A stretch of DNA of 64,000 nt from Camelus dromedarius (taxonomy: Eukaryota). Shown here one piece after another: positions 24,859 to 39,023 of this stretch. The translations under genes and the position numbers were made by a program. The notes under the pieces are model-generated. The model saw only the letters and a program-made list of their open reading frames with translations, ran no database searches and was not told the DNA's origin. The number at the start of each line of letters is the position of its first letter. Within the stretch, counting starts at the first letter, position 1. The stretch is taken from positions 48,734,001 through 48,798,000 of the forward strand of contig NC_087437.1 in the NCBI RefSeq assembly GCF_036321535.1, given 5' to 3'.

Positions 24859-26784
24859 TTGTCTGGTTTTCTTAAGCTTGTCATAAAAGGATGAATCAAA
24901 TATTTCTTCTTCAGTGAAAAATGTGAATTAACATATAAATTAAGTGGAATAAATAGACTATAAGTAGTCAGTTCTAGTCAAATTTTACTACAAATTAATT
25001 CCCAAAAAAACTTAAAAAATTTTTTTTGGGATTTAGGAACTATAGATACTAGCCTATGGACCTTAACACTATGATAGAAAGGAGCTTTATTTGTCTATAT
25101 TGAATGGAATATTTTAAAATTAAATAAATTACAATTTTAGGCTTAAGGCTATACATGTGCATATACATGCATACAAACTGTAAACAGATATTAAAATAAT
25201 TTTCTTATCTAGAGCCTTAAAAAGAGCATATATATGCATTCATAGTATTGAATCAGAGATCTGTTTTGAGAATGTTGATGCTATTAGCAGATAATAATCT
25301 ATTACATCCATGTATTACTTTGTATTTAATTGTCAAGCACTTTTACATTTACCATCACATCAATCTTTACACCAGTTCTATGAAGTAAATGGGAGGAATT
25401 ATTACTTTTTAAAAAAAGAATCACATCAGTTTTTATCCCATTACCAAAGGAAAAAAATAAAAGAGTATATTCAAGAAAGGGAGTGGCCAATGGTATTGAA
25501 TGGTGCTGAGAGGTCAAGGAAAATGCATGCTGAAATTAATTCTATCACTGAAGCCAGCTCAGCTCATGACTCATGTTACAGTTTATTTCCATCAAGATAC
25601 TTTTCAAAAGAATAACTTATGGTATGATTCTAACTTGATAAATAATAAATAGCTTCTACTATTTTACATATAAGTATCATAGCTTCTACTATAATATATC
25701 TTGCCTTCTACATTCAATACATGGAATACACAAATCCCAACACTCAAAATATAATTTAGAGAGGATTTTTCTGTGGTTAACAATAGAATTCCTTACGGAA
25801 ATGATTCGTCTTATGATTCTTTTATATGAGGATTTTTCCTAATACATTTAAAATATGGTTCAATTTTCAAATCTGTCTGACATGAAATTTTAAAGACACA
25901 TTTTCTGTGCAACCTGTACTATGATCTTTCTGTATTTTAGTGTTTGCTAGATTAGGAAGAATTTAAACTTTCAGGAAGAATGAAGCTTAAAATCTGTTAA
26001 ATAAAAATGATTAGCTTTTCTTACCACTCAAAGATTATCTTCTTTAAGTTTTCAAATCTTATTTTCAGTTGCAGTGAATAAAGTGTTAGCATTTATGTTC
26101 TTGGGTTCTTAGGGAGACTCTTCACATTCTCAGGAAATTTATTTGTTATATGGATAATAGTGAACTCCATTTTTACCTGCATATATGCACTTCTTGAGGA
26201 ATTTTCAAGCACTAGGTACATTGTGCACAGTGGAAAATGAGTTAGAGACCTTCGTCTCAGATAATCTGTTTGTAATCATTAGTGTAATATTAGCTTATGT
26301 TTTCACTTTGATGTAAGACACATATACCACACAGAGTGTTTTTTGGCTTGAATTTTTAAAACCTTAATAACAATTCTAGAAAATGGGAGGTGCTTACTTT
26401 CCCATCTATGTTTTTTCAATTTTAAATGTTGGCCAAAATATAAAGATACAATGATTAACTAGCTGGCTCTAATCTGAAAGAAAAAAAAAAAAGACTAGAG
26501 GAAACTGATATGGTACTTGACATGAACTGCATTACCTGAGAAAGCCCATGAAAAGTGCAAGTACTGCTTCTCTTCCCTCCGATCTACGGTGAGAGAAAAG
26601 GAAATAGTAGACCTATTGGAGCTGCCAACTACAGAACCAGAGCAGGCTCATCTCCCAGCACAGTGAGAGTTACATAGTTGGTGTTCAGTAAACAGTGCAA
26701 AACAAACAGAAGAGTAAATGAATAAATGACAAATGAACCTTGTGTTTGTACCAGTGATGAGAAGCAGGAGGCAGTGTGTTAAAT

Positions 26785-27070
26785 AATAACAGCGAATTTG
26801 TATTGCATGGTTTTCATGTGCCCAGCACTGAGACTAATTTTAATAGCCAAGATTCATTGCTGCTTACCATGTGCTCTACTGCTTACCAGACCATTACTGA
26901 CTGAAGCTTCAATAAGTAGTAGTATTATTATCATCATTTCATCTTACAGTTGAGTACTTTGAGGCACAGAGAGGTTAAGTTACTTGCCCCAAATCAAAGA
27001 GCTGGTCAATGGTTGTTCTGGGCTTTGGAAAGCTAGTATTCAAAGCCTACTCTTCTAACCATCAGTCCAT
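26785..27070 (-). mobile_element. MIR SINE
   Basis: cttacagttgagtactttgaggcacagagaggttaagttacttgcccca core. Confidence 0.8.
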
Positions 27071-27683
27071 GTTGCCTACATTCGGTATGGTTAAAAACTC
27101 TCTATTTGTTGCATTTGCTAAAATCCAGTTCAACCAAATTCTTTGGGTATGTGTTAGTACTAAACTCTTTCAAGGCTGTCTGTGGGACCTGTCTCTACTA
27201 CCAACAGACTTATTGCCACTCCTGGAATATATCTGTCTTCCAGAATCACTGACTTTCAGAGCTGAGTAGCAGCACAGAGATCACTATAAGGTAGTAGTCA
27301 AATACATGGGTTTTGGCCTCAGGCTAGATCCAAATCCTAGCCTTGCCCCTGTAACAAAATTTCTTAAAGTTCTGTTTATTATTATCCCACCTTGGGAAAA
27401 AAGGCAAGGACAGTGAGAAGAAAGTAGGTTAGTACCTCTTACCAGCTACTAACTACGTTAGTTCAAGTTCCTACTTTTACTAAACTGTCTCAGTCAGCAA
27501 GACAGGGCAATCTGGTCACTCAGGAGTAAGTCCCTGCTTCTAATGAGTAAACTTTGTTGTCAATGATTCTTTACTTCTGATGAAGCAAGCAACTTCGTGA
27601 GAAAAGGAGCAGTGAGAAGCTGGCCCAATCTTCTGACAACAGAAGGGGAAAAGTTAAGATCATAATAATATTGAACTCTAGTC

Positions 27684-28630
27684 CAGCAGTTTTCTAAGTG
27701 CAGCAGTTTTCTAAGTGCCATCAGCATGCTTCTGGGGTCCCCAAGAAATTACAGGAAGTCTGCAAGGCCAAAGCTATTTTTATAATAAAACTAACATATT
27801 ATTTTTCTTCTTCATTATGCTAATATTTACTAATGGTACAAAAGCAATGGTGCATAAAACTGTTGTTCCCTTAGGAAAAATCAAACCACTGATACTAAAC
27901 TACACTGTAGTCACACCCTTCATCATCATGCGCTCACAATAAAAATAAAATGTCAGGTTCACTTCATAATGTCCTTTATAAAGCAATAAAAATGATTAAC
28001 TTTATTAAATCTATACCTCTTATTAATATTCTGTATGATGAAATGGGAAGTGTGTATACAGTACTTCTGCTGCATTCTGAAATATGGTGTTGTCTCTAGG
28101 AAAAGAAATGCATACAATGGAGTAACACGCAGAACCAGCTTATGTTTTCATGAAACATCATTTTTACTTGAAAAAAAGAGTGGCAGAAGACTGATGGATT
28201 ATCAGATTGGGAATTTGGTAGACTTTTCAATTTTTTTAAACTAACAAGTAAGCCTGTCGCTTCCAGGAAAACCAGATGGTAATTTTTGCCCCTGATTAAA
28301 TTTAAGCCTCCAAGAAAAAATTAAGATTTTTGAAAACTTGACTCCACTGCAGTGAACTTTACAATTTCTCGCAGAAAATTTGTTTGAAATTGTGTAATGA
28401 AATGGGTCCATATTCAGAAGATCTGAATAAGTCAGTGAACCAATATATTCCAAACAAACAAACAATAATGTTACGAAATCATGCATTAGTAAAAGATTTA
28501 TTCAAAGTTGAACATAGGTCAGTAGATTTGAATACAACCAAGTACAGAAAGTTTATTTATATGGTTTCTGTTTCCATGTTGCAATTAACCTATAAGAAAC
28601 TATCACTTACAGGGTTTCGTATAATATAAA
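27684..28630 (+). mobile_element. Charlie1-type hAT DNA transposon fragment
   Basis: Starts cagcagttttctaagtg (17 bp, tandemly duplicated), then ggggtcccc...aaagctatttttataata...ggtacaaaagcaatggtg; internal tcagtgaaccaatatattccaaa. Transposase frame disrupted. Confidence 0.8.
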
Positions 28631-29153
28631 GATAAAAAAGTAGGAACAGACAGAACAAGTAAATTGCCCAATATCAGAAATAAATTGCTGAAGATCTGAA
28701 ATTAGAAACTTAGTTCCAAAATCCATACCTCCCAAGAAAAAGTTTCTAATAATATTACCCCTGTCTTGGTAGTTAGATCCTCAGTGGTAGTTACAAAAAT
28801 TCTGAAGAAGGACATGGGTCCAACTTGATCCCTAATCATCAGAACTTAAAACTTTAGAAAGAATTGGTCTATAAAATAGTTTCCAACTTTTTAATACTAA
28901 AACATTCTACATTTAGTGCTTGTGTTTTGAGCCTCCATTGACAAAATGTTACAAGGAATGATACTCAGTCTGCAGGCAATACGCAGTATACATTTTGATT
29001 CAAGGGACCCCTTTCAAAGATCCAAACCCCACAAATTGGAATTCAAAAGTCTTTCTCTAAACCTTTAAAAGAACTAATAACAGGGGTAGCCCTCAGATTC
29101 AGACTTACACAGAAGGCAATAATTTGTTCCATCACCTGTGGAGGACTCTGAAT

Positions 29154-29178
29154 TGTGTGTGTGTGTGTGTGTGTGTGT
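29154..29178. repeat. (TG)n microsatellite
   Basis: About 12 TG units. Confidence 0.95.
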
Positions 29179-29469
29179 AGAAGGAACACTTTTCTCAAGA
29201 GAAGTCTGTGCAGTACCTTTCTAAAGTTCTAGCTGCTTGGGATTGGTAGGAGAAATAGGACTCAGTCTAATCTCCTTTGTGAAGATAGTATTACTCTGAC
29301 TTTAACGAGTGTTTCAGATAGATCTTATTTCAACTCGAAAGATATAAACGCACCATGTTATTCCACTGCCAAACCAAATCTGGAATCGAAGCAGACAGAA
29401 GATGCAAGAAAATAATGGCTGTGCAAATGTAAGATGTTACCAGTGTCTGGTCACATCCTGCCCAACATT

Positions 29470-29645
29470 TAGATTCAGAGACATTTAAGATTAAGCAGAA
29501 ATCTTAACATGCCTTCTAGCCAATCCTCACTTTTCAAAGATGAGGAAATTGTGGCCCAGAAAATTTTAGCGTCTTGCTAAAGTTTTTACAGTTGAGTTAA
29601 TGCCAGAGATGAGACTGAAAGCCACAGGCTTTTCTCTGCACCACA
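29470..29645 (-). mobile_element. MIR SINE
   Basis: ttctagccaatcctcacttttcaaagatgaggaaattgtggcccaga. Confidence 0.65.
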
Positions 29646-31724
29646 ATTTGATAATCTAATTGCTTTTTTTCTTGATTGTCAGTTCCCTTTCTCTAAACCT
29701 AGATTGAGGTTTTCCTAAGCACAACAAAAGGGACACAGCATGCTAAAGAATTAGTTAAATAGAATCAAGAAACCCTATTTACTTTAAAAAAAAAAAAAAA
29801 AGAGCAGGTTTGTTAAATGCTAAGAAGTTCATAATAGTCTAGTAATTTGATACTAGTTCTTAGGTTTCAATTACAGGAAAACATTATTGCCAAAGTCCGC
29901 AAGTGCTATCCATAATTTTCAGATTACTTCCTTAGAAAGTGTGCTTTTGATCTGTTCTTTCATAGAAGAATAAATGTGAAGACTTCAATGCTTAATAAAG
30001 TTGAAAGCTTCTCCCTGGGGCAACTGAAATTCTTATCAAAGGGGTGATAGACCTGGTTGCCGCTACAACAAAGAAGTGCCATATAAAGCCAAGTGGAAAG
30101 CAGTTATACATCATTGGTGGTACAGGGCCATTGAACACGGTCATATTAATTGGAATCTATTGCACAGGACATTCCACTACATGCTGGGCAAATGACCTTG
30201 AAAGTTTTGAGTCTCTCTGGTGTATAAAAAAGTTCAGATGTAAAAATAATCATACAGATGGTGGATTCTCTATCCTTGAATGGACATAGCTACCCTGAGA
30301 TCTAGGTGGCTGAAAATTTTCTTTTTTAAATAATGCCCTTTGAGTGAGTCCCCATATATGCATCTTCTTTTACAACCATTTGAAAACTTGTCTTCTAATA
30401 ATTTCACACAGAGCCTTCAGTGTAGCAACATTCAAAAGAATAAAACTAATGAAACACAGCAACTTTTACATTTTGACTTTTGTGCTTTGGGAAAATTCCG
30501 ATTAAAAGATATGAGGCGGTTTAAGTTGGAATTTCTATATTGCTCCCAAAATGAATAACTTCTAATCTAATTGAAAAATTAGAGAGATTTAAAGCCAAGG
30601 TAGTATGTAACATGTTTCAGATACACCAGGACACAACCCAGTGCACTTATGATTTAAAGTTTTGCATCCTTAGATGCTCATGTTGTTTCTGATGGTAGGT
30701 TGTGTGTAAAGAGCAATCACCATATTTGTTGTTCAGTCAGAAGTCAGTCCTGAGCTTCATCACAGACTCTTTGTCTTACTCTTTAAACTAAATATCAAGA
30801 GAAAACGCCACAAGATATAATATTATCAATGAATAATCTTAAAATGTCAGAAATATTCATCAAGGTATAGCCAACTGATAAGCATAATCCCTTTCTCAGT
30901 TTCCCAAATTTTGACAGATTTTATAAATAGTCTAAAATACAAATCAGTGAAAATGTAAGCCCTAGCTAGGTGATGACCAGAGGATGAATGTCCTTTAAAA
31001 GTATATTTCAAGCCAACTTTCATTTACTCTAGACTGGAAGCCCCAAATTCTTATGCTCATCAATCTTTTCATCAAGCTAAACAACATATATGAAAAAGAT
31101 GCTGAGTTTATATTACATCCAAGTTCTATTTCCCACAGGAATCAAGATAGAATGTTGACTGCATTTTTGATTAATGTATTTATCATTAACATAACGTTCA
31201 TGAGATGTCCAAACAGAGAAACCAATACGTTTGTAAACATCCTTTTTTTAACTAATTAAAGCAAACAGAATAACTATACCTTTTTTCTTCTGTAACCATA
31301 ACTAGTGTCTTCTCTTTACTTACCTTTCTACCAACAGGTGAAATTTCTGTTTTTTACCTTTCACAAAATGATTATTTCAGAATGAACTGGGGCCCCCAAC
31401 AGATGGGCATTATTATTGCCAAGAAGAGCAGGGAGATTATTTACAACCAGAGTTCATTAGAGGAAAGTGTCTATGGATAATTATTTACTTTCATAAATGT
31501 ATATCACCTTGTATTACCCAAACAATTTATCTACATGAACACTGGGTAATCAAAGTAGAGAATTTTCATCCCCAGAGTACAAAGGTTTTCAAACTATCAT
31601 GATATTGTTGTATTATTTATCTTAGTGATTGGTAAACTGTGATCATTTTACCTGCCTAAAAGACCCACCAGAGACATTTGAGGAATGTTTGATGGTCCAC
31701 TTAACTAAAAATCAATCACTGACG

Positions 31725-31962
31725 ATATGACAGTAGATTTGGAATCAGAAAAAAAATCTAATTTGAATTCAGAATATAACACATATAAATTCTCCAACTT
31801 AGATTATGTGAGTCCTCTAATCCTCAGGGTTTTTTTCATTTTTAAAAATGAAATTGATAGTGCTTTCAATACAGGCTTGTTATGAGAATTAAACATGATA
31901 ATAAATTTAAAACTCTTCGCATAGTGTTGGACACATAGTAATTACAGGGATAAATGGTAGTT
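31725..31962 (+). mobile_element. MIR SINE
   Basis: gatttggaatcaga...cctcagggttttttcatttttaaaaatg...ggcttgttatgagaattaaacatgataa. Confidence 0.75.
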
Positions 31963-31964
31963 AT

Positions 31965-32132
31965 CAGGGCCACCCATAGACTTTATTGCTCCTTTGAATT
32001 AGAAGAAGCCTTGTGGGTATTTGTATTCAACTTGGAAAGCAAAGAACGAACTGGATTTTAGCCTCCCCTGGCCACCTCAGCCTGGTGCTCCTGTCCAGTG
32101 GACAAACTGCACAACTGTGCTTAAAGGCCTTG
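31965..32132. mobile_element. MER91B-like hAT remnant
   Basis: cagggccaccca...tgaattagaa...actgcacaactgtgc...ggccttg. Confidence 0.45.
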
Positions 32133-33009
32133 GGTGCTATTATCAACTGAAATTGCTATCATTTAAATAATTCCTTGTGAATAAGTATTTTCCTCTCTCT
32201 AGGAAACCCCTGCTATTTTAATATTCAATGAAAATAAGATGTTGAGACAGATAATTTCACACACTCCTGGAGGGGAATATAAATGATACAATATTTCTGT
32301 GAAAAAAATGGTAATATTCACTAAGAGACTTAAAGCAGCTTACATTTTTTAGTTTAGTAATTCGATTTTGAGTCCTTACTCTAGAAATCATCCAAGATAC
32401 AGAAAAATATTTGTATAGTGTTATATATAATAGTGAACATTGGAAATTATCCAAACTTCTGGTTATAGTGAAATGGAACACTCTACAGTCACTTAAATTG
32501 CTTCTCAGAGAAGTTTCAATAATAGAGAAAAAGTTTATTTTATAGAGCAAAAAATGTTGAGTGAAAAAAGTAGGACGCAGAATTGCATATTTATATGTTA
32601 CCATTAAAGAATACATTGAAAAAATTTTGGGATAAACCAAAAACAAAATATTTACAGTATTTCTCTCTGAATAGAGCAATTACAGAGGATTTTCAAATTT
32701 TTCTTTACACATGCTCTTTAGACTGAGTATTCTCATTATTATAAGCAGAGAAGGAGGTTTTTTTTTCATTTTTGAAAAATTAAACTGCTTTGAATAGGAC
32801 TTACATTAGTTCATTTTTGCACTGGTCCTTTAATGAGTCAACCAGTATATAGCACAGTGAAATAATGGCCAGGTTTAATGTGGTGGGAAGGAAAATAAGA
32901 GGAATACCTAGAACTGAGATTATTTTGAGTGGTCTGAAGTACAAAAGAGAGGATAGCTGAGGCTTTAATTTGGTTGGTAAATGGACAGTTAAACAGTATG
33001 AGCGATGTC

Positions 33010-34690
33010 TGCATCTGGCCAAGGTGGAGTAACTAGGATCAGATATACCCTCCCTCCTGAAATAACCAGAATCCTGACAAAATGCATCAAATGATAGTTT
33101 TTAAGACATCACTCATTAGCCAAGAAAGGAAGTAACCTCTGAGTCAGAAAACTATACAAAGAGTTTTACCAGTGCCCAGCTTACTGCCTTGAGAGTTTCT
33201 CAGCTGGGACATAGGGAGAAGTACCCCAGTGGTCTTCCTGACTTGAAGAGTTGAAGCTCGGCTTTCAAGGGGCCAAAACAGCTAGAGCTCACAAGGCAGA
33301 GTCCCAGAGAGGATAAATCTGCATTGAGAGAGAACTTCAGAGGTCGGCACAGGTTCCTTCTGGAGTAGTCAGCTGAGTACTGATCAGTACATACACATAA
33401 GGAAACTACTAGCCACCAGGGAAAAAACATTTAAAAGATTAGAAGTATAATCCTCAGACCTCATACAGGACTAGAAAGAAAAAAACAATCAATAGAAACT
33501 GATCCAAATATGACACAGATGATAACATTAGTAGATAAAGACATTAAAATATGTATTACAAACATTATAAGCGTATTCCACATATGTTCTCTAAGTTAGA
33601 GGAAAGATTGAACATGTAGAGATATAAAAGATATTTTTTAAAAGACACAAACTGAACTTCTAGAGATGAAAACTACAAAATCTAAGATGAAAAACACACT
33701 GGATGGAATTAGCTAGAGGAAGACAGTGCAGAAGAAAAAGCTGATGAATGAAATAATGTGGAAATAGAAACTACCCAAATGAAAAATACAATGGGGAAGG
33801 GAGGAGACTGAAAAAAAGTAATGAACACCTGTAAACTGCAGAATAGTTTCAAGCAGCCTAATATAAGTGTAACTGGCGTCCCCAAAGGAAAGAGTAGATG
33901 AGAGGACAGAAAAAAATTAGAAGAAATAATCACTGAAAAGTTCCCAAATCTGATGAATACTATAAATCCATGGATCCAAGATTTTCAACAAACCACAAGC
34001 ACAGGAAACATGAAGAAAACCATTGCAAGGCACATTATAAACAAATTGCTTAAAATCATTGATAAAATGAAAATCTTAAAAGCAGCCAGAGGAAAAAGGA
34101 CACTTTATGTACAAAGGAACAAAGACTACAGATTTATCATTGGAAACAACAGAAGCTGGAAGACAGTAACATCTTTAAAATACTGAAAGGAATAAACTGT
34201 TAACCTAGATTTCTATCTTCAGCAAAAATATCTGCCAAAAATGAAGGTAAAATAAAACTCTTTCAGATATACAAAAGCTAAAAGAATTCATAACCAGCAA
34301 GCAGAATTACACTTTAAAAAATGTTAAATGAAGTCCTTCAATCAGAAGAAAAATGATAGCAGATAGAAATCTGGAACTATAAAAAAGGATGAAGAGCATC
34401 AGAAATGGTAACTAACTACACGATAACTATAAAGATATTTTCTCTTATTATCTAAATCACTTTAAAAGATAATCATTTAAAGAAAAATAATAATATGTTT
34501 TGGGGGTTATAAAATATATAGAAAAGTAAGAAAGACACAAATGAAAGATTGAGAATGAGAGAGGTTAATCAACTTCAGATTCTACAGATACTAAAAGTAC
34601 AGTAAAGAAATATTATGAACAACTCTATGTCATTAAGTTCAATAACTTAGATGAAATATTAAAATTCTTTGAAAGACACCAACTACCTAG
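33010..34690 (+). mobile_element. Old L1M 5' end, degraded ORF1 and partial ORF2
   Basis: ORF 33953-34186 ...ARHIINKLLKIIDKMKILKAARGKR matches L1 ORF1p; later aataacttagatgaaat...ttctttgaaagacac is ORF2 text. Confidence 0.8.
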
Positions 34691-35089
34691 GCATTTCCTT
34701 TGGAAATCCCAATTCTGCTCAGTAGGCAAAAGCAGGTTAGTATATAATTGAAAGAGAACAGATGTAACCATGGAAAATTACAGGGCATAGTTAGTAGTTT
34801 TTAACACCTGGAAATTTTTAGTTCCTTTATGATCAGTTTTTTAGCAAAAAGGCATCAGTATAATCTGAGAATACAATTTTAAATGTGTCAAAGATGTGAT
34901 GGAAAGCATTTGTCTTTCATAAGGCCTAAAAAAAGGAATCACTGTTTTACATACTTTTAATGTGAGATCCTATGTAAAAAGTAATTTTAATGCAGTGATT
35001 AAGGCAAAGTTAATGATTCTTGTATTCTCCAGAATTATCTTTTTATGAAATTGGATAAAATATCTAAAATATTCATAAATTACATGAAA

Positions 35090-36460
35090 TAAATATCTAT
35101 AACATATAAGGGGCTTCCACAAATTAATAAGAAAAATAAATGAGGCTGTATAAAAATGATCAAAGGATATTGATTTTATGATAATTTACAAGAAAAGAAA
35201 AAAATTGCAAATGTCCACAAATTTAAAAATATTAAAACATCTCCAACTTCACTAGTATCAGAGACATGTAAAGTAAAAAGATGAGATAGTATTTTTCACC
35301 TATTAGCTTGACAACAAGTAAATGACCTTAATAATAATCATTGCTGACAATGAAGAAATGGAAAATTTCATAAAGTCTTTTGGGAATATAAATTGCTACA
35401 GCTTGAAAAGAACAATTTAGCATTATCTACAAAGTTTAAAATGAATATATGTTGAAGAACTGATAAAACTCACATGATCACCTCAATAGATGCAGAAAAA
35501 GCATATGACAAAATCAAACACCCTTTCGTGGCAAAAATACTCAACAAACTAGAAACAGAAAAGAATTTCCTCAAACAGATAAAGGACATCTACAGAAAAA
35601 CCTACAGTTAATGTCAGCTTAATAGTGAAAGATTGGATGCTTTTCCCTAAGATAGGAATAAGCAATATATATCTATATCTGCCCTCTACTTCTATTCAAC
35701 ATTGTACATCCTGGAGTTTCTAGCCAGGGCAATTAAGCAAGAAAAAGGAATACAAGATGTCTAGATTAGAAAGGAAGAGTGAAACTCTCACTATTTGAAG
35801 ATGATACATTCTTGTATGTAGACAATCCTAAGGAATTCATCAAAAAATTACAAGAACTAAGAAACAAGTTCTGCAAGTTTGTAAGATTCATGACCAATAT
35901 GCAAAAATGAATTGTCTACACTACCAATGAACAATCTGAAGCAAAATTAGTAAAACAACTCCATTTATAATAGCATCAAAAAGAATAAAAAACTAAGGAA
36001 TAAATATAACCAAAAAAGTCAAAGACTTGTACATTGAAAATTGCACATTACTGAAAGAGATTAAAAAAATCTAAGTAAATGGAGATACATTCCACGTTCA
36101 TGGATTGGAAGACAATATAATTAAGATGGTGGTTTCCTCAAATTGATTTACAGATTCAACACAATCCATATCAAAATCCCAAATGGAGTTTTTGCAGAAA
36201 TTGACAAGCTGGTCTTAAAATCAATGTGCAAATGCAAGTGACCCAGAATAAACAAACAATCTTGGAAAAAAGAACAAAGTTGAAAGGCTCATCATTTCTG
36301 ATTTTCAAATTCACTGCAAAACTACAGTAGTAAAAACAGTGTGGTACTGGAACATGGATAGACATATATATTAATGGAATATAGCTTACATTTACAGTTA
36401 GTTGATTTTTGACTGGGTTACCAAGACCATTCAATCGGTGAAACAATAGTCTATCCTTAG
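35090..36460 (+). mobile_element. L1 ORF2 (reverse-transcriptase region) remnant, preceded by an L1ME fragment
   Basis: cacatgatcacctcaatagatgcagaaaaagcatatgacaaaat (HMI-SIDAEKA-DK), ctatttgaagatgat (degenerate LFADD), ccacgttcatggattggaaga. Confidence 0.85.
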
Positions 36461-36901
36461 ACAAATTGCTGTTTCCATAGAGGTGAACCACTATGATTTT
36501 TTGTGTTGGAATCAAGTGTCCACTGTTGAGGTTAGGAATTCAGGATCCTGGAATAGACACCTCTGACACTCACCCATTTGGAGTGGGTGAGAAGCAATTT
36601 GCATGCACACACTACCAAATGCTAGGCAGATACTAATAACAGATGTCAACTGTATCAAACATAAATATTTTTTCTGATTGTCAGATCTTGAACGGGAGTA
36701 GAGAGGTCATTATAGCTAAAGTGGAATATGGAGATGAGGAGGTTTGTTAAAATAGAAGTGAAAAGTATGTTTAGGAGCTTGTGCTTAGTAGCCAATAGGG
36801 AGTAAGCATTGAAAGGTATGAAAGAAATGGAAGCTAATCTATGAATCTAAAGAGATAATTTTAACTCTTTCTTAGAAAATACATTGAATAAAGAAATTTC
36901 T

Positions 36902-37091
36902 AAGCTACAAGGATATATTGTACAACACTGGGAATATAGACAATATTTTACAATAACTATAAATGAGTATAACCTTTAAAAATTATAAATCACTATATTG
37001 TATGCCTGTAACTTACATAATATTGCACAGCAATTATACTTCAATAAAATAAAAAAATTAAAATTAAATTAAATTAAGTTAAAAAAAAAAA
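36902..37091 (+). mobile_element. 5'-truncated L1 3' end with A-rich tail
   Basis: aagctacaaggatatattgtacaacactgggaatatag...tatacttcaataaa(A)n; TSD aagaaatttct (36891-36901) / aagagatttct (37092-37102). Confidence 0.85.
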
Positions 37092-37379
37092 AAGAGATTT
37101 CTTCCTGGGTCCTTGGAAGACAACCCAGGCTTTGACTTTCTTCTTCATGCTTAAGTAATACAAAGTTGAACCACTACTTTAAATCACATTGTACATTCTA
37201 TACAGTCACTGGTACCTGAAATTCCAGTACCAGGCCATTATATGAATCAGCACTTCCATCTTCATCAATAGTAGGATTCTCTCCACTCACCCTTTTACCC
37301 AGAGAGGGCAAAACTGTAGAAAGGCCACTTGCTTTGGCAAAAGAGAACATGGTCAGCCTCTTCTTTCTGGTTTGCCTAC

Positions 37380-37428
37380 CTTCTTCCACATTCTCAGCTG
37401 CTGTTGCTGGTTCCTTTAAGTTGGAGTA
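37380..37428 (-). other. Candidate orphan 49-nt exon (unassigned)
   Basis: Minus strand: long pyrimidine tract cttttctgcctccctttcctctcttccctcctAG | TACTCC...GAAGAAG | GTAGGC. No gene recognised. Confidence 0.25.
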
Positions 37429-38319
37429 CTAGGAGGGAAGAGAGGAAAGGGAGGCAGAAAAGTGCTACCAGGATTGGTACTATTTTAAGATGTCTTTGCA
37501 TTCTCTGGCTTGGCACATATTTAAAGCTGAGTCATTCTTAAAGATAGTTTTGTGGGTCCTTTGAAGACTAACCTGATAGACCCTTCCAACTGTAACTCCC
37601 ATGACATGGGTCTTTCTGTACTTACAGCTACCAGTCCACCCTTAGCTGCTACTAGAAGCAGCAGCGTGCTGCTCTGTTGGAGACCCATCACCTTGTCAGG
37701 CAATTTTCTTGGAAAAAAATTCTTGCTGTGTGAAAGTATAAATTTTCCTTATAGTTCAGGTTAATTGAGCAGTCTTAGGTTATCTGCAATCAAAGGCAAT
37801 TTTACTGATAATTGGGATATGTTAACTTTAATTTTTCTCTTCCTGGTATTGTTAATTTTGTGGGAAGGCAATGTGTTTGATTATTCTTTAGGAAATTTCG
37901 GTTGTCCTGTTTTGGAAGCGCTAAGCTTAGTGTCTTCAGGGCCTCAGAGAATATTCAGAAAATGAATTGATTTTGATTATGAATAAAAATTATAATAACA
38001 TTATTTTTAAAAGTCTTGAGAACCTTATTCCAAAACAAACTAAGGGCAGGGTTCCCAAATTTTTATTCTTAGACCGCCCTGAGTTTTTTCTGCAATTGAC
38101 AGATTTTATTTTCACTGTATTTTGAAAATTAGATGGAATGCTCATATGTCTTAAGCAGTAACTGTAATATATTTGCCTTAAAAACTGACAAGAAACCAAA
38201 AGAACTAGAACAAAGAGCACTAATTTTGTACCCAGCTGCATGCTAAATACACAGTGAACCAATTTGAACCCAAGTATAACTGCTATTTACAGATGCCTGT
38301 TTAATTTCATAAGTAACAC

Positions 38320-38700
38320 ATGAATATGTTCTATTATGAAAGATTCAATCTCCAAGTTCTTCCCTTTTTATAAGTATTTGCATACATACTTACATATAAC
38401 TTTAAATATTTTACATAAATGTCATCGTAAATATATTGTTCTGTGGCTTGCATTTTTACTTAATAATTTGTTTTGAAAATTTTTCCAAGCCAGTATAGAG
38501 AGCTCATTTTAACAACAGCATAATATTCAATAATGGAGTACATATAATTTATTCAACCGTATCCAGTTACATTTAGATTCCTTCCAATTGTCAGTCATTA
38601 TAAACAACATTGCAATGAACTGTAAACATTTCTTTATTCATATCTTTCTGTACCATTTTTAAAAATTAAGAGAATATATACCTGGAACAATGAAATATCC
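38320..38700 (-). mobile_element. Ancient L1ME 3' fragment
   Basis: atatattgttctgtggcttgcatttttacttaata...catttagattccttccaatt...ataaacaacattgcaatgaac. Confidence 0.65.
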
Positions 38701-38938
38701 TTTAAATCACTCCCATATGCTTGATTAAAGTTCTTGCTTCAAGTATAAGTAGAGAGTTGTCTAAAGCAGGTTGTAATAATCTATCATTTGAACAAACAAA
38801 TCACTGCCTGCATGGACATTACCTAAAATAGTATACTTAATAAATGTCTCATGTCTCACTGCAACAGACAAGTTCATGAGCTGACTAACCAAATTGGGAA
38901 TGCAAGCTGACTTTAGGCATGGTCTATTAGAGCAAATA

Positions 38939-39023
38939 CTTTCTTTCCTTCTTTTCTTCCCTCCCTCCCTTCTGTCTTCCTTCTTTCTTTCCTCCCTCCA
39001 CTTCTTTCTTCCTTCCTTCTTCT
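38939..39023. repeat. CT-rich simple repeat
   Basis: Degenerate (TTCC/TTTC)n run. Confidence 0.85.

Noticed and set aside
27715..28629. ORFs within Charlie1 as a possible domesticated transposase
   Set aside because: Short, frame-disrupted pieces with no continuous transposase frame.
29318..29428. Plus-strand AG...GTAAGA 111-nt exon-like segment
   Set aside because: Weak pyrimidine tract, stops in all three frames and no partner exon recognised.
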